DNA of 64,000 bases. Source: an uncultured Microthrixaceae bacterium (GTDB lineage: Bacteria > Actinomycetota > Acidimicrobiia > Acidimicrobiales > VFJN01). This document shows, piece after piece, positions 20,715-29,194 of the stretch (its first letter is position 1; each line of letters begins with the position of its first letter). The stretch is from contig CAVRKU010000011.1 in the NCBI GenBank assembly GCA_963721695.1, positions 1,014 to 65,013 on the forward strand. Reading direction: 5' to 3'. Both the position numbers and the translations under genes were made by a program. The notes under the pieces are model-generated. The model did not search any database, was not told the DNA's origin, and saw only the letters and a list, made by a program, of their open reading frames with translations.

Positions 20715-21347
20715 GTGGCTGACCTGCAGATGGTGCGCGTCGTCCTGGCCGACGACCACCCGATCTGGCGCTCCGGCGTGCGGGCCGACCTGGGCAGCAA
20801 CTTCCACGTCGTGGGCGAGGCCGGCGACGCCGACGAGGCCATCGAGGTGATCCGCGCCACCACGCCGGACCTCGTGGTCTGCGACCTCCACATGCCCAAC
20901 GGCGGTGGCATCAAGGTGGCGAAGACCTGCGGTGAGGAGACCCGCATCGTGATGCTGACGGTGTCGGAGGCCGAGCGCGACCTCCTCGATGCCGTCGCCG
21001 CCGGTGCGGTCGGGTACCTCGTGAAGTCCACCCCACCGGAGGAGCTCCGCCAGGGGCTGTGGCGGGCGGCGCACGGCGATCCGGTGTTCTCGCCGTCGCT
21101 CGCGTCCCTCGTGCTCGGCGAGTTCCGGCGGCTCGCCAAGGCCAGCGGCCCCGTCCAACCGCTCTCCGACCGTGAGCGCGAGGTGCTCCAGTACGTCGCT
21201 CGCGGGCACACGTACCGGGAGATCGGCGAGCAGCTCTTCATCGCCGAGAAGACCGTCGAGAACCACGTGCGCAACATCCTCCAGAAGCTCCACCTGAACC
21301 GGAAGCAGGAGCTGGTGCGCTACGCCCTCGAGCACGGCATCGAATAG
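20715..21347 (+). CDS. Response regulator, NarL/LuxR family
   Basis: Intact 210-aa ORF with receiver domain (VVLADDH...DLVVCDLHMPNGGG...MLTVS...YLVKS) and LuxR HTH (LSDREREVLQYVARGHTYREIGEQLFIAEKTVENHVRNILQKL). It starts 13 nt after the kinase stop. Confidence 0.9.
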   Translation: MADLQMVRVVLADDHPIWRSGVRADLGSNFHVVGEAGDADEAIEVIRATTPDLVVCDLHMPNGGGIKVAKTCGEETRIVMLTVSEAERDLLDAVAAGAVGYLVKSTPPEELRQGLWRAAHGDPVFSPSLASLVLGEFRRLAKASGPVQPLSDREREVLQYVARGHTYREIGEQLFIAEKTVENHVRNILQKLHLNRKQELVRYALEHGIE

Positions 21348-21417
21348 GGGATCCCCCAGGGGCCCCTAGGGGGTCCACCGGGTCCCCGGGTGCCGCTGAT
21401 CGGCGGACGGTGGGGCC

Positions 21418-23850
21418 ATGTCCACGACCACCACGCCATCCCGCCCTGATCCGACCCGCACCGGCGCCGTCTGGGTGACCGGCACGGGTGCCTTCCTGCT
21501 CCTGGCGGCCGCCTCCGTGTTCGTCGCCGTGCACTGGGGCGCCATCCCCGACACGGTCAAGCTCGGTGTGCTGCTGCTCGCCACCGGCGGGTGCCTGATC
21601 GCCGGTCGCAGCCTGAAGGCGACCCTCCCGGCCACCGCCGGGGCGCTTCTGCACCTGGGCACCTTCCTCGTGCCGATCGACGTGGCCGCCATCGGCATCC
21701 ACGCCGACCTCGACTGGTCCACGCTCCTCCTCGCCGAAGGGATGATCGCCGCCGCCACCTTCGGGTGGGCCGCGATCACCGAGCGCTCCGTCGTGCTGCG
21801 CTCGGCCTTCGCGGTGTCGGTGGTCGCCCTGGCGGGCGGCATCGGCGCCACGACCGTGCTCCCCGCCCCGCTCGTCCTGGCCGCCTTCGCCGCGGCCGCG
21901 CTGGCGTGGCGCCTCGATGGCCTGGCCACCGGCTGGGCCGCGCTGGCGGGGGTGGCTCCGCTGCTGACCTTCGTCGACCGCGTCGCCTTCACCGGCGCCG
22001 ACACCTTCGAGCGCCTCGGCCTCACCGGCGAGCAGCCCCGGATGGCCGCGGTGCTCACGGGCGCGACCGCGGCAGTCGTCCTCGCCGTCGCCGGTCGCCG
22101 CCGCTCCGACGCCGGCCTCGTGCTGGTCGGTGTCGCCCTCGGCGCCGTCGGCACCATCGCCTCCTGGAGCGGCCAGGACATCGAGCCCACCGACACCCTG
22201 GTGGGTCTGGCCGCCGTGTTCCTGCTCGTGCAGCTCGTTGCCTACACAGTCCGTGACGACGACTTCTGGAGCGTGCCGGCTGGCATCGTCGCCCACATCG
22301 TCGAGTGGTTCGCCGGCCTCGCGACCCTCGCCGCGGTCCTTCCGATCCTCCTCGCCCCCGCCTCCGACACGACCAGCACGGAGACGGCCCTCGCCACCCT
22401 CGTGCTGGGCGCTGGTTGGCTGGTGGCCGACCGTCGGCGCGGCTCCCGCGGCTTCGTGCTGGCTGCGGTCGCCACCGCGATCTGCGTGGCCTCCGCCGTT
22501 GCCTCCGCGACCGCTTCGGACCCCGTCCTCGCCCTCACGCTGACGGCGATCGCCGGCCTGGCGGTCCTCAGCGACCATCGGGCCGGCTCGACGGTGGCGG
22601 TGCTCGCCGCCTCGTGGGCCCCCGTCGTCGCCAGCGACTCGACCGGCACCCTCGTGGCGGTCGGCGTGGCCGGCACCCTCGTGCTGGCCGAGGCGGCGGT
22701 GCGCCGCTCGAACGCCCCGTCCGCCGACGAGCAGGCCGCCGACGTGGCCGAGCAGTGGGCCTGGCTCCTGTCGGCCGTCGCCTTGGTCCCGGGGGCCATC
22801 GCCATGGGTGTGTTCATCGGCCAGACGGGCGAGGTGGTCGCGGGGCTGATCGGCGGCGCGGTGACCGCGACCGCGGCCGCGATCGTGCTCGATCGGGGAC
22901 GCGTCACCGGAACGCTCCCGCTCGGCACGCTCGCTCGCATCGGCTCGGTTGCCGTGCTGGCCGGGGCGGCCGAGCTGTCCGCCTCGCAGCTCGCCGTCGT
23001 CGCCCTCGCCGTCAGCGCCCTCTCGATCCTCGATGCCCTGCGCCTCCGCGATCCGCACGTCGCCCTCGGTGCATCGCTGGCGGTCCCGGTCGCCATCGGA
23101 GCCCTGGCCCGCACGGTCGAGCTGTCCATCCCCGCCTCCGGCGTGGCGCTCTCGATCAGCGCGGCCGTGCTGGTCGGGCTGGGCTCCCTGGTCGACCGCC
23201 GCTGGTCGCTGCCGATCCTCGCCGCCGCCGCCGTGGCCTGTGCCGCCGGTCTCGGGCTCGCCGCCCACGACGCCAGCGCCTTCGCGGACGCCGTGATGAT
23301 CACCAGTGGCATCGGGCTCGCGGTGTCGGTCGAGCGGGGCCGTCTCGACGGCGTCCTCCTCGCTTCGCTGGCCATGACCGCTGGCATGTGGCTCCGTCTC
23401 GCCGACGCCGAGATCACCGCCAGCGAGCCGTACCTGGTCCCGGTCGCTCTGCTGCTCATCGGCGCCGGGCTGCGGGCCCGCTCCACCGGTGCGAGCAGCT
23501 GGATCGCCTACGGACCGGTCGTCACGATCTTCGGTGGTGCCGCCCTCGCCGAGCGGATGAGCGGCGGCCCCGGCTGGCACGCGGTCGTCGCCGGCGCGGT
23601 CGGTGTCCTGGCGGTCGCCGCGGGCGGCTACCGCAAGCTGGCCGCTCCGCTGTTCCTCGGCACCGGCCTGCTCGTCGTCCTCGTCGGCTACGAGACCCTC
23701 GCCATCACGGCGGATCTCCCCACGTGGACCTGGCTCGCGGCAGGTGGCATCGCCCTCCTCGGCGCCGGCGTCGCCATGGAGCGCAAGGACCTCAGCCCCA
23801 TCGAGACCGGCAAGCGCCTCGTCGACGTCGTCGAAGACAACTTCGCCTGA
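21418..23850 (+). CDS. Very large polytopic membrane protein (810 aa, on the order of 20+ TM helices), function unknown
   Basis: Intact ORF with high GC3 throughout. It is almost entirely hydrophobic Ala/Leu/Val/Gly helices separated by short Arg/Asp loops. It lies directly downstream of the two-component pair. The 895-aa antisense ORF 21238..23925 is Arg/Gly/Asp junk. Confidence 0.7.
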   Translation: MSTTTTPSRPDPTRTGAVWVTGTGAFLLLAAASVFVAVHWGAIPDTVKLGVLLLATGGCLIAGRSLKATLPATAGALLHLGTFLVPIDVAAIGIHADLDWSTLLLAEGMIAAATFGWAAITERSVVLRSAFAVSVVALAGGIGATTVLPAPLVLAAFAAAALAWRLDGLATGWAALAGVAPLLTFVDRVAFTGADTFERLGLTGEQPRMAAVLTGATAAVVLAVAGRRRSDAGLVLVGVALGAVGTIASWSGQDIEPTDTLVGLAAVFLLVQLVAYTVRDDDFWSVPAGIVAHIVEWFAGLATLAAVLPILLAPASDTTSTETALATLVLGAGWLVADRRRGSRGFVLAAVATAICVASAVASATASDPVLALTLTAIAGLAVLSDHRAGSTVAVLAASWAPVVASDSTGTLVAVGVAGTLVLAEAAVRRSNAPSADEQAADVAEQWAWLLSAVALVPGAIAMGVFIGQTGEVVAGLIGGAVTATAAAIVLDRGRVTGTLPLGTLARIGSVAVLAGAAELSASQLAVVALAVSALSILDALRLRDPHVALGASLAVPVAIGALARTVELSIPASGVALSISAAVLVGLGSLVDRRWSLPILAAAAVACAAGLGLAAHDASAFADAVMITSGIGLAVSVERGRLDGVLLASLAMTAGMWLRLADAEITASEPYLVPVALLLIGAGLRARSTGASSWIAYGPVVTIFGGAALAERMSGGPGWHAVVAGAVGVLAVAAGGYRKLAAPLFLGTGLLVVLVGYETLAITADLPTWTWLAAGGIALLGAGVAMERKDLSPIETGKRLVDVVEDNFA

Positions 23851-23874
23851 CCTCCGGCGCATCCCACCTCTCCC

Positions 23875-23922
23875 AACTCGAGGGTGAAAGGCCGCAGAAG
23901 TGCGGCTCTTCACCCTCGAGTT
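23875..23922. terminator. Long hairpin between convergent genes (copy 1)
   Basis: AACTCGAGGGTGAA (23875-23888) pairs with TTCACCCTCGAGTT (23909-23922). An inner GCCGCA/TGCGGC stem closes a GAAG loop. It begins 25 nt after the membrane-protein stop. Confidence 0.6.
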
Positions 23923-23936
23923 CATCCCAGGGCTCG

Positions 23937-23984
23937 AACTCGGGTGCGAAGTGCGACAGGAACGACGCGCTTCGCACCCGAGTT
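23937..23984. terminator. Long hairpin between convergent genes (copy 2)
   Basis: AACTCGGGTGCGAAG (23937-23951) pairs perfectly with CTTCGCACCCGAGTT (23970-23984) around an 18-nt loop. It ends 17 nt before the MFS gene stop on the other strand. Confidence 0.6.
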
Positions 23985-24000
23985 GGCGACGCTGTGGGGG

Positions 24001-25410
24001 TCAGCCGGGCAGCGTCGTAGGGAGGCGGCGGGCGGCGAAGATGCCGATCACGGCCGCGGCCAGGGTGATCGGGAAGGCGATGGCGAGGGCGGTGCTGGTG
24101 GCCCAGCCCTGGGAGTCGCCGAGGGCGACGAAGGCGCCTCCCAAGCCGGCGCCGAGGGCGACGCCGAGGACGTCGGCGAGCTGGATGCTGCTGCTGGCGG
24201 TGCCCTCGGTGCCGGGCTCGGCGAGGCCGAGGACCGTCACCGCGAGCGGGGAGTACGCCAGGCCGATGCCGAAGCCGGCCATCGACCAGGCTGCGATGCA
24301 GACGGGGATCGGCAGGTCGCCGACGGCGCCGATCATGCCGGCGATCCCGACCGCGAGGAACACGAAGCCGGTGGCGACGACGCGGCGTGGCCCGGCGGTG
24401 AGGATCCAGCGCTGCTGGATCCAGGCGGCGGCGGTCCAGCCGAGGGTGGCGCCGGTGAGGGCGACGCCGGCGACCCAGGTCGGCTGGTCGCGCACGTCCT
24501 GGAAGGTGAGCGAGACGTAGGCGTCAGCGCCGAAGAACGCGAACGTGAGGATGCCGCGCACCATGACCGCCGCGGGCATGCCGGGCGCCAGCCGCAGCGT
24601 GCCCGGCGGCACGAGCCGGATGAAGGTCCGCACGGCGATGGGTGTCGCGACGAGGAGCAGCGGGACGGCGATCCACACGGGTGGCCCGCTGATCGCGACG
24701 AGGACGAGGGCGACGGAGAGGGTGAGGACGAGCGCCGGCCCGCGACGATCGGGCACCCGCTCGGTGTCGTCGTCGTCGGCCACGTCGGGGGCGCCGGTGA
24801 GGGCCGGGATCGTGATGAGGCCCGCGATCAGGACGAACGGCAGCAGGGCCAGGAACACCGCCCGCCAGCTGAGCGCCTCCTCGATGGCGCTGCTCGAGGC
24901 CGGGCCGATGAGGCCGGGCACGACCCAGGCGGTCGAGAACACCGCGAACACCCGAGGCCGGATGGCGGCGGGGTAGACGCGGCCGACCGTGGCGTAGGCG
25001 ATGGCGGGGATGGCGCCGGCTCCGATGCCCTGGAGCACGCGGGCGGCGACGAGCACGCCCATCGACGGAGCCAGGCCGCCGAGGCAGAGGCCGGCCGAGA
25101 AGAGCAGGAGGCCGACCGCGAACGGGAGTGCGGTCCCCCGCTGATCGGCGGCTTGGCCCGCGACCACGATGCCCAGGAGGTTGCCGAGGAAGAAGCCGCT
25201 GAACACCCAGCCGTAGAGGCCGAGTCCACCGAGGTCGTCGGACACCACCGGCATCACCGTCGAGATGGCCAGCGCCTCGAAGGCGACGAGGGTGATGGTC
25301 ATCACCAGGCCGAGGGTCAGGCGACGGCGGGCCGGTGCCCACACCCCATCGTCGGCGACGACGGCCGGTGTTGCGATCACCGCGGGGTCGTCGAGGGTCA
25401 CGGTCTGCAT
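24001..25410 (-). CDS. MFS transporter (drug:H+ antiporter-like)
   Basis: ORF 24001..25644 trimmed to ATG 25410: MQTVTLDDPAVIATPAVVADDGVWAPARRRLTLGLVMTITLVAFEALAISTVMPVV... About 14 hydrophobic helices. MFS motif-A-like region GQAADQRGTALPF. Confidence 0.8.
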   Translation of the reverse strand: MQTVTLDDPAVIATPAVVADDGVWAPARRRLTLGLVMTITLVAFEALAISTVMPVVSDDLGGLGLYGWVFSGFFLGNLLGIVVAGQAADQRGTALPFAVGLLLFSAGLCLGGLAPSMGVLVAARVLQGIGAGAIPAIAYATVGRVYPAAIRPRVFAVFSTAWVVPGLIGPASSSAIEEALSWRAVFLALLPFVLIAGLITIPALTGAPDVADDDDTERVPDRRGPALVLTLSVALVLVAISGPPVWIAVPLLLVATPIAVRTFIRLVPPGTLRLAPGMPAAVMVRGILTFAFFGADAYVSLTFQDVRDQPTWVAGVALTGATLGWTAAAWIQQRWILTAGPRRVVATGFVFLAVGIAGMIGAVGDLPIPVCIAAWSMAGFGIGLAYSPLAVTVLGLAEPGTEGTASSSIQLADVLGVALGAGLGGAFVALGDSQGWATSTALAIAFPITLAAAVIGIFAARRLPTTLPG

Positions 25411-25506
25411 GCTGCCACCCTGCCGGAGCCGCTCCCCCAGCGGCATCGGACGGGCGGTCCGATGTCCTCGGTCCTGCGACCTAGGTCCCTGGCATGCTGA
25501 CCGGCC

Positions 25507-26059
25507 ATGGCGGCCCGGCACGAGCACCATCCCGAGCACCTCTGGCACTACAGCGAGGATCCGGGCATCACCCGCTTCCTGCCGCACGTCCCGGCCACCA
25601 ACCCGGACCAGCCGCCGATGGTCTGGACGATCGACGAGGTCCATGCCCCGCTCCTCTGGTTCCCGCGCGACTGCCCCCGCATCACCTTCTGGTCGGACGA
25701 CGGTTCACCCGCCGACCGGCTCGGACCGACCACTGCGTCGCGTGTGCACGCCATGGAGCCCGGGTGGGTCGAGCGGATGCGAGCGTGCCGGCTCTTCGTG
25801 TACCGGTTCGCGGTCGACGGGTTCCGGCCGTGGCCCGACGCCGACGGCTACTGGGTGGCCGACGACGAGCGCGCCGCCCTCGATGTCGCGCCGGTCGGCG
25901 ACCTGTTCGAGCTGCACCGCCGAGCGCGGCGTCGAGCTGCGGGTCCTCGACGACCTGCGGCCGCTCCGCGACGCCGTCATCGAGTCGGGCTACCGGTTCT
26001 CCATGACGCGGATGCGGAACATCAGTCCTGCTCCGGGCGGAGGGTCGGGAACAGGATGA
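25507..26059 (+). CDS. Conserved hypothetical protein; one frame change as sequenced
   Basis: MAARHEHHPEHLWHYSEDPGITRFLPHVPATNPDQPPMVWTIDEVHAPLLWFPRDCPRITFW... I recognise this signature as an uncharacterised actinobacterial family but cannot name it. After ...VGDLFELHR an extra C near 25920 shifts the frame to ERGVELRVLDDLRPLRDAVIESGYRFSMTRMRNISPA... (frame of ORF 25265..26059). Confidence 0.55.
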
Positions 26060-27428
26060 CGTCGCGGATGCTCTGGGTGTCGGTCAGGAGCATCACCAGG
26101 CGATCCATCCCGATGCCGAGGCCGGCGGTGGGCGGCAGGCCGTACTCGAGCGCGCGCAGGTAGTCCTCGTCGACGACCATGGCCTCGTCGTCGCCCGCGG
26201 CCTTCTGGCGCGCCTGCGCCTCGAAGCGAGCGCGCTGCTCGTCGGGGTCGATCAGCTCGGAGAAGGCGTTGCCGATCTCGCGACCGGCCACGATCGGCTC
26301 GAAGCGCTCGACCATGTCAGGCAGCTCGCGGTGGTCGCGCGCGAGCGGCGAGACCTCCTTCGGGTAGTCGGTGACGAACACCGGTCCCCAGAGCTCCGCC
26401 TCGGTGGTCTTCTCGTAGATCTCGAGCACGAGCTTGCCCGGGCCGTAGTCGTCCTTCACCTCCACGCCGTGCTCGCCAGCGATGCGGCGCAGCTCGTCGA
26501 TCGGCATGCGGACGTCGACGCGGACGCCGGCGTGCTCCTCGACGAGGTCGACGAGGCTGGCGCGGCGCCAGGGCGGAGTGAGGTCGAGCTCGCGGCCGCC
26601 GAAGGTGAGCTTGGTCGTGCCGTGCAGCTCCTGTGCGAGGTGGGCGGTGAGCTCCTCGGTGAGCGCCATCATGTCCGTGTAGTCGCCGTACGCCTGGTAG
26701 AGCTCGAGCATCGTGAACTCGGGGTTGTGGCGGGTGGACAGCCCCTCGTTGCGGAACACCCGGCCGATCTCGAACACCTTCTCGAAGCCGGCGACCGTGA
26801 GGCGCTTCAGGTAGAGCTCTGGCGCGATCCTGAGGAAGAGCTCCATGTCGAGCGCGTTGTGGTGGGTGGTGAACGGCTTGGCCAGCGCGCCGCCGGGGAT
26901 CGGGTGGAAGATCGGCGTCTCGACCTCGATGAAGTCGCGCTCCTCCAGCCACCGACGGGTGAGGCTCAGGATGCGGCTGCGCTGCAGGAAGGTCTGGCGC
27001 GCCTCGGGGTTCGCCCACAGATCGGCGTAGCGCTGCCGGTAGCGCGTGTCGACGTCGCTGATGCCGTGGAACTTGTCCCCGAAGCTGCGGCGCGTCTTCG
27101 CGAGCATGACCCAGGACGCGACCTTCACGGACAGCTCGCCGCGCTTCGTCTTCACGACCTCGCCGACGGCCCCGACCCAGTCGCCGAGGCTGATCCCGAC
27201 GAAGCCGTCGAAGTCGTCGGTCAGCGCGGCGAGGGCGAACAGCTGCACCTCGTCCCCGCTCCCGTCGCGCAGCGTCGCGAAGGCGAGCTTGCCCTGGGCC
27301 CGGTGCAGCATGACCCGGCCCGCGACGCGGACCTCGATGCCGGTCTCCTCTCCGGGTTCGAGCCCGTCGTGCTGCGCGCGGATCTGCGCCGTGGTCGCCG
27401 TCGTCTCGAACCGGTACGGACGTGCTCA
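26022..27428 (-). CDS. lysS: Lysine--tRNA ligase, class II
   Basis: ORF 26022..27311 carries the OB-fold and class II core (FIEVETPIFHPIPGGALAKPF, FRNEGLSTRHNPEFTMLELY, GLGIGMDRLVMLL). The frame stays open upstream to 27426 (ARPYRFETTATTAQIRAQHDGLEPGEETGIEVRVAGRV-MLHRAQGKLAF). The only start there is GTG 27428 (GTGA overlap with the coaX stop), which is one base out of frame. Confidence 0.85.
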
Positions 27429-28247
27429 CGCCGTCGACTCGGCGTTCTTCTCGAAGATGAGACGCAGGCCGTGGAGGGTGAGCCACGGCTCCACGTGGGT
27501 GATGGCGCTCGAGAGCGGCCCGATGAGGTCCGAGAGCCCGCCGGTGGCGACCACCGTCGCGTCGGCGTCGAGCTCGGCCCGGATCCGCTCGCACATCCCG
27601 TCCACCAGAGATGTGTAGCCGTAGATGGCACCCGACTGCATCGACTCCACCGTGCTGCGGCCGATCACGTTGCGAGGTTCGATCAGCTCCACTCGCCGGA
27701 GGGCGGCGGCCCGCGCGAAGAGGGCGTCGAGGCTGATGTCGATCCCCGGGAAGATCGCCCCGCCGAGGTACTCGCCCTTGGCCGAGATCGCCTCGAACGT
27801 GGTCGCGGTCCCGAAGTCGACGACGATCGTCGGCCCCCCGAAGAGGTCGAACGCCGCCACGGCGTCGGCGATGCGGTCGGCACCGACCTCCTTGGGGTTG
27901 TCGTAGAGGATCGGCAGCCCCGTGCGCACGCCCGGCTCCACGACGAGCGCGGCCATGCCGAAGTAGCGCTCCGACATCCGACGCAGCGACCCGGTCACCC
28001 GCGGCACCGACGAGCAGAGGACGATCCCGACGATGTCGTTGTCCTCCCACGTCGAGCCGTGGAACCCGAGGAACTCCTGGAGCACGAGGGCGTGCTCGTC
28101 GGCCGTGCGCTCGACGTTGGTGGCGATGCGCCAGTGGTCGACGAGGCTCGAGTCGGCCAGACGCCGATCGACGTTGGCGTCCAGCGGTTCGAGGTCGTAG
28201 AGCCCGACCACCGTCTGGGTGTTGCCGACGTCGAGGGCGAGGAGCAC
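27426..28247 (-). CDS. coaX: Type III pantothenate kinase
   Basis: Intact 273-aa ORF: MLLALDVGNTQTVVGLY..., VVDFGTATTFEAIS, GGAIFPGI, VVATGGLS. Confidence 0.9.
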   Translation of the reverse strand: MLLALDVGNTQTVVGLYDLEPLDANVDRRLADSSLVDHWRIATNVERTADEHALVLQEFLGFHGSTWEDNDIVGIVLCSSVPRVTGSLRRMSERYFGMAALVVEPGVRTGLPILYDNPKEVGADRIADAVAAFDLFGGPTIVVDFGTATTFEAISAKGEYLGGAIFPGIDISLDALFARAAALRRVELIEPRNVIGRSTVESMQSGAIYGYTSLVDGMCERIRAELDADATVVATGGLSDLIGPLSSAITHVEPWLTLHGLRLIFEKNAESTA

Positions 28248-28298
28248 GGCGTCAGACGCTACGGGGGTTCCGGCCGAGGGGTCGAACCCGTAGTCGCC

Positions 28299-29165
28299 TC
28301 AGCGGATGTCGAGCCCGATGTCGAGGGCGGGCGCCGACTGGGTGATCTGGCTGGTGCTGAGGAGGTCCACCCCGCTGGCGCTGTACGCCGCGGCCGTCTC
28401 GACGGTGATCCCGCCGCTGCACTCGAGCAGCGGCCGGGGCCCGTCGTTGGCGGCGGCCCAGTCATCGACCAGTGCGACGGCCGCCTTGGCCTCCTCCGGT
28501 GTCATGTTGTCGAGCAGCACGGCGTCGGCACCGGCCTCGAGCGCCTGCGCGAGCTCGGAGAGGTCGGTGGCCTCGACGTGGACGAGCCGGCCCGGCCACG
28601 TCGCCTTGGCGGACGCGACGGCCTCGGCGATGCCGAGCACCGCGAGGTGGTTGTCCTTGAACATCACCCAGTCGGACAGGTTGCCGCGGTGGTTGACCGC
28701 GCCGCCCGACCGGACCGCGGCCTTCTGCAGCGTGCGCAGACCCGGGGTCGTCTTGCGGGTGTCCCAGATGCGGGCGGCCCCGCCGGACGCGGCGGCGTCC
28801 GAGAACCGCTTGGTGATGGTCGCGATCCCGGACAGGTGGCACAGGAAGTTCAGTGCCGTCCGCTCCCCGGTCAGGATCGACGCCATGGGGCCGCTCACGG
28901 TTCCGATCACCGCGTCCGCCGCAACGGCGTCGCCGTCGCTGGCCATCCAGCTGACCTCCACCGCGGGATCGAGCTGGGCAAAGGTCTCGGTCGCGCACCG
29001 CGTGCCGGCCAGCACGCCGTTGTGTCGCGGCACGAAGTCCGCCACGGTCGTGGCCCCCTCCGGCAGGAGCGCCGACGTGATGTCGCCGAGCGGCGCGAGG
29101 TCCTCCGCCAAGGCCAGCGCGACCGCCGAGCGCACCGCGTGCAGGTAGGGATCGGCCAGAGCCAC
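28299..29165 (-). CDS. nadC: Nicotinate-nucleotide pyrophosphorylase (carboxylating)
   Basis: 3' part of ORF 28299..29993 from GTG 29165: (M)ALADPYLHAVRSAVALALAEDLAPLGDITS...ILTGERTALNFLCHLSGIAT...TRKTTPGLRTLQKAAVRSGGAVNHR...LLDNM...ECSGGI. Confidence 0.9.
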   Translation of the reverse strand: MALADPYLHAVRSAVALALAEDLAPLGDITSALLPEGATTVADFVPRHNGVLAGTRCATETFAQLDPAVEVSWMASDGDAVAADAVIGTVSGPMASILTGERTALNFLCHLSGIATITKRFSDAAASGGAARIWDTRKTTPGLRTLQKAAVRSGGAVNHRGNLSDWVMFKDNHLAVLGIAEAVASAKATWPGRLVHVEATDLSELAQALEAGADAVLLDNMTPEEAKAAVALVDDWAAANDGPRPLLECSGGITVETAAAYSASGVDLLSTSQITQSAPALDIGLDIR

Positions 29166-29194
29166 GGCCCTAGCCTGCCAGGCGCGGCGACCGA

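Noticed and set aside
21238-23925. 895-aa minus-strand ORF
   Set aside because: It is antisense to the 810-aa membrane-protein gene. The translation is a low-complexity Arg/Gly/Asp/Glu string with no motifs, whereas the plus frame gives coherent TM helices.
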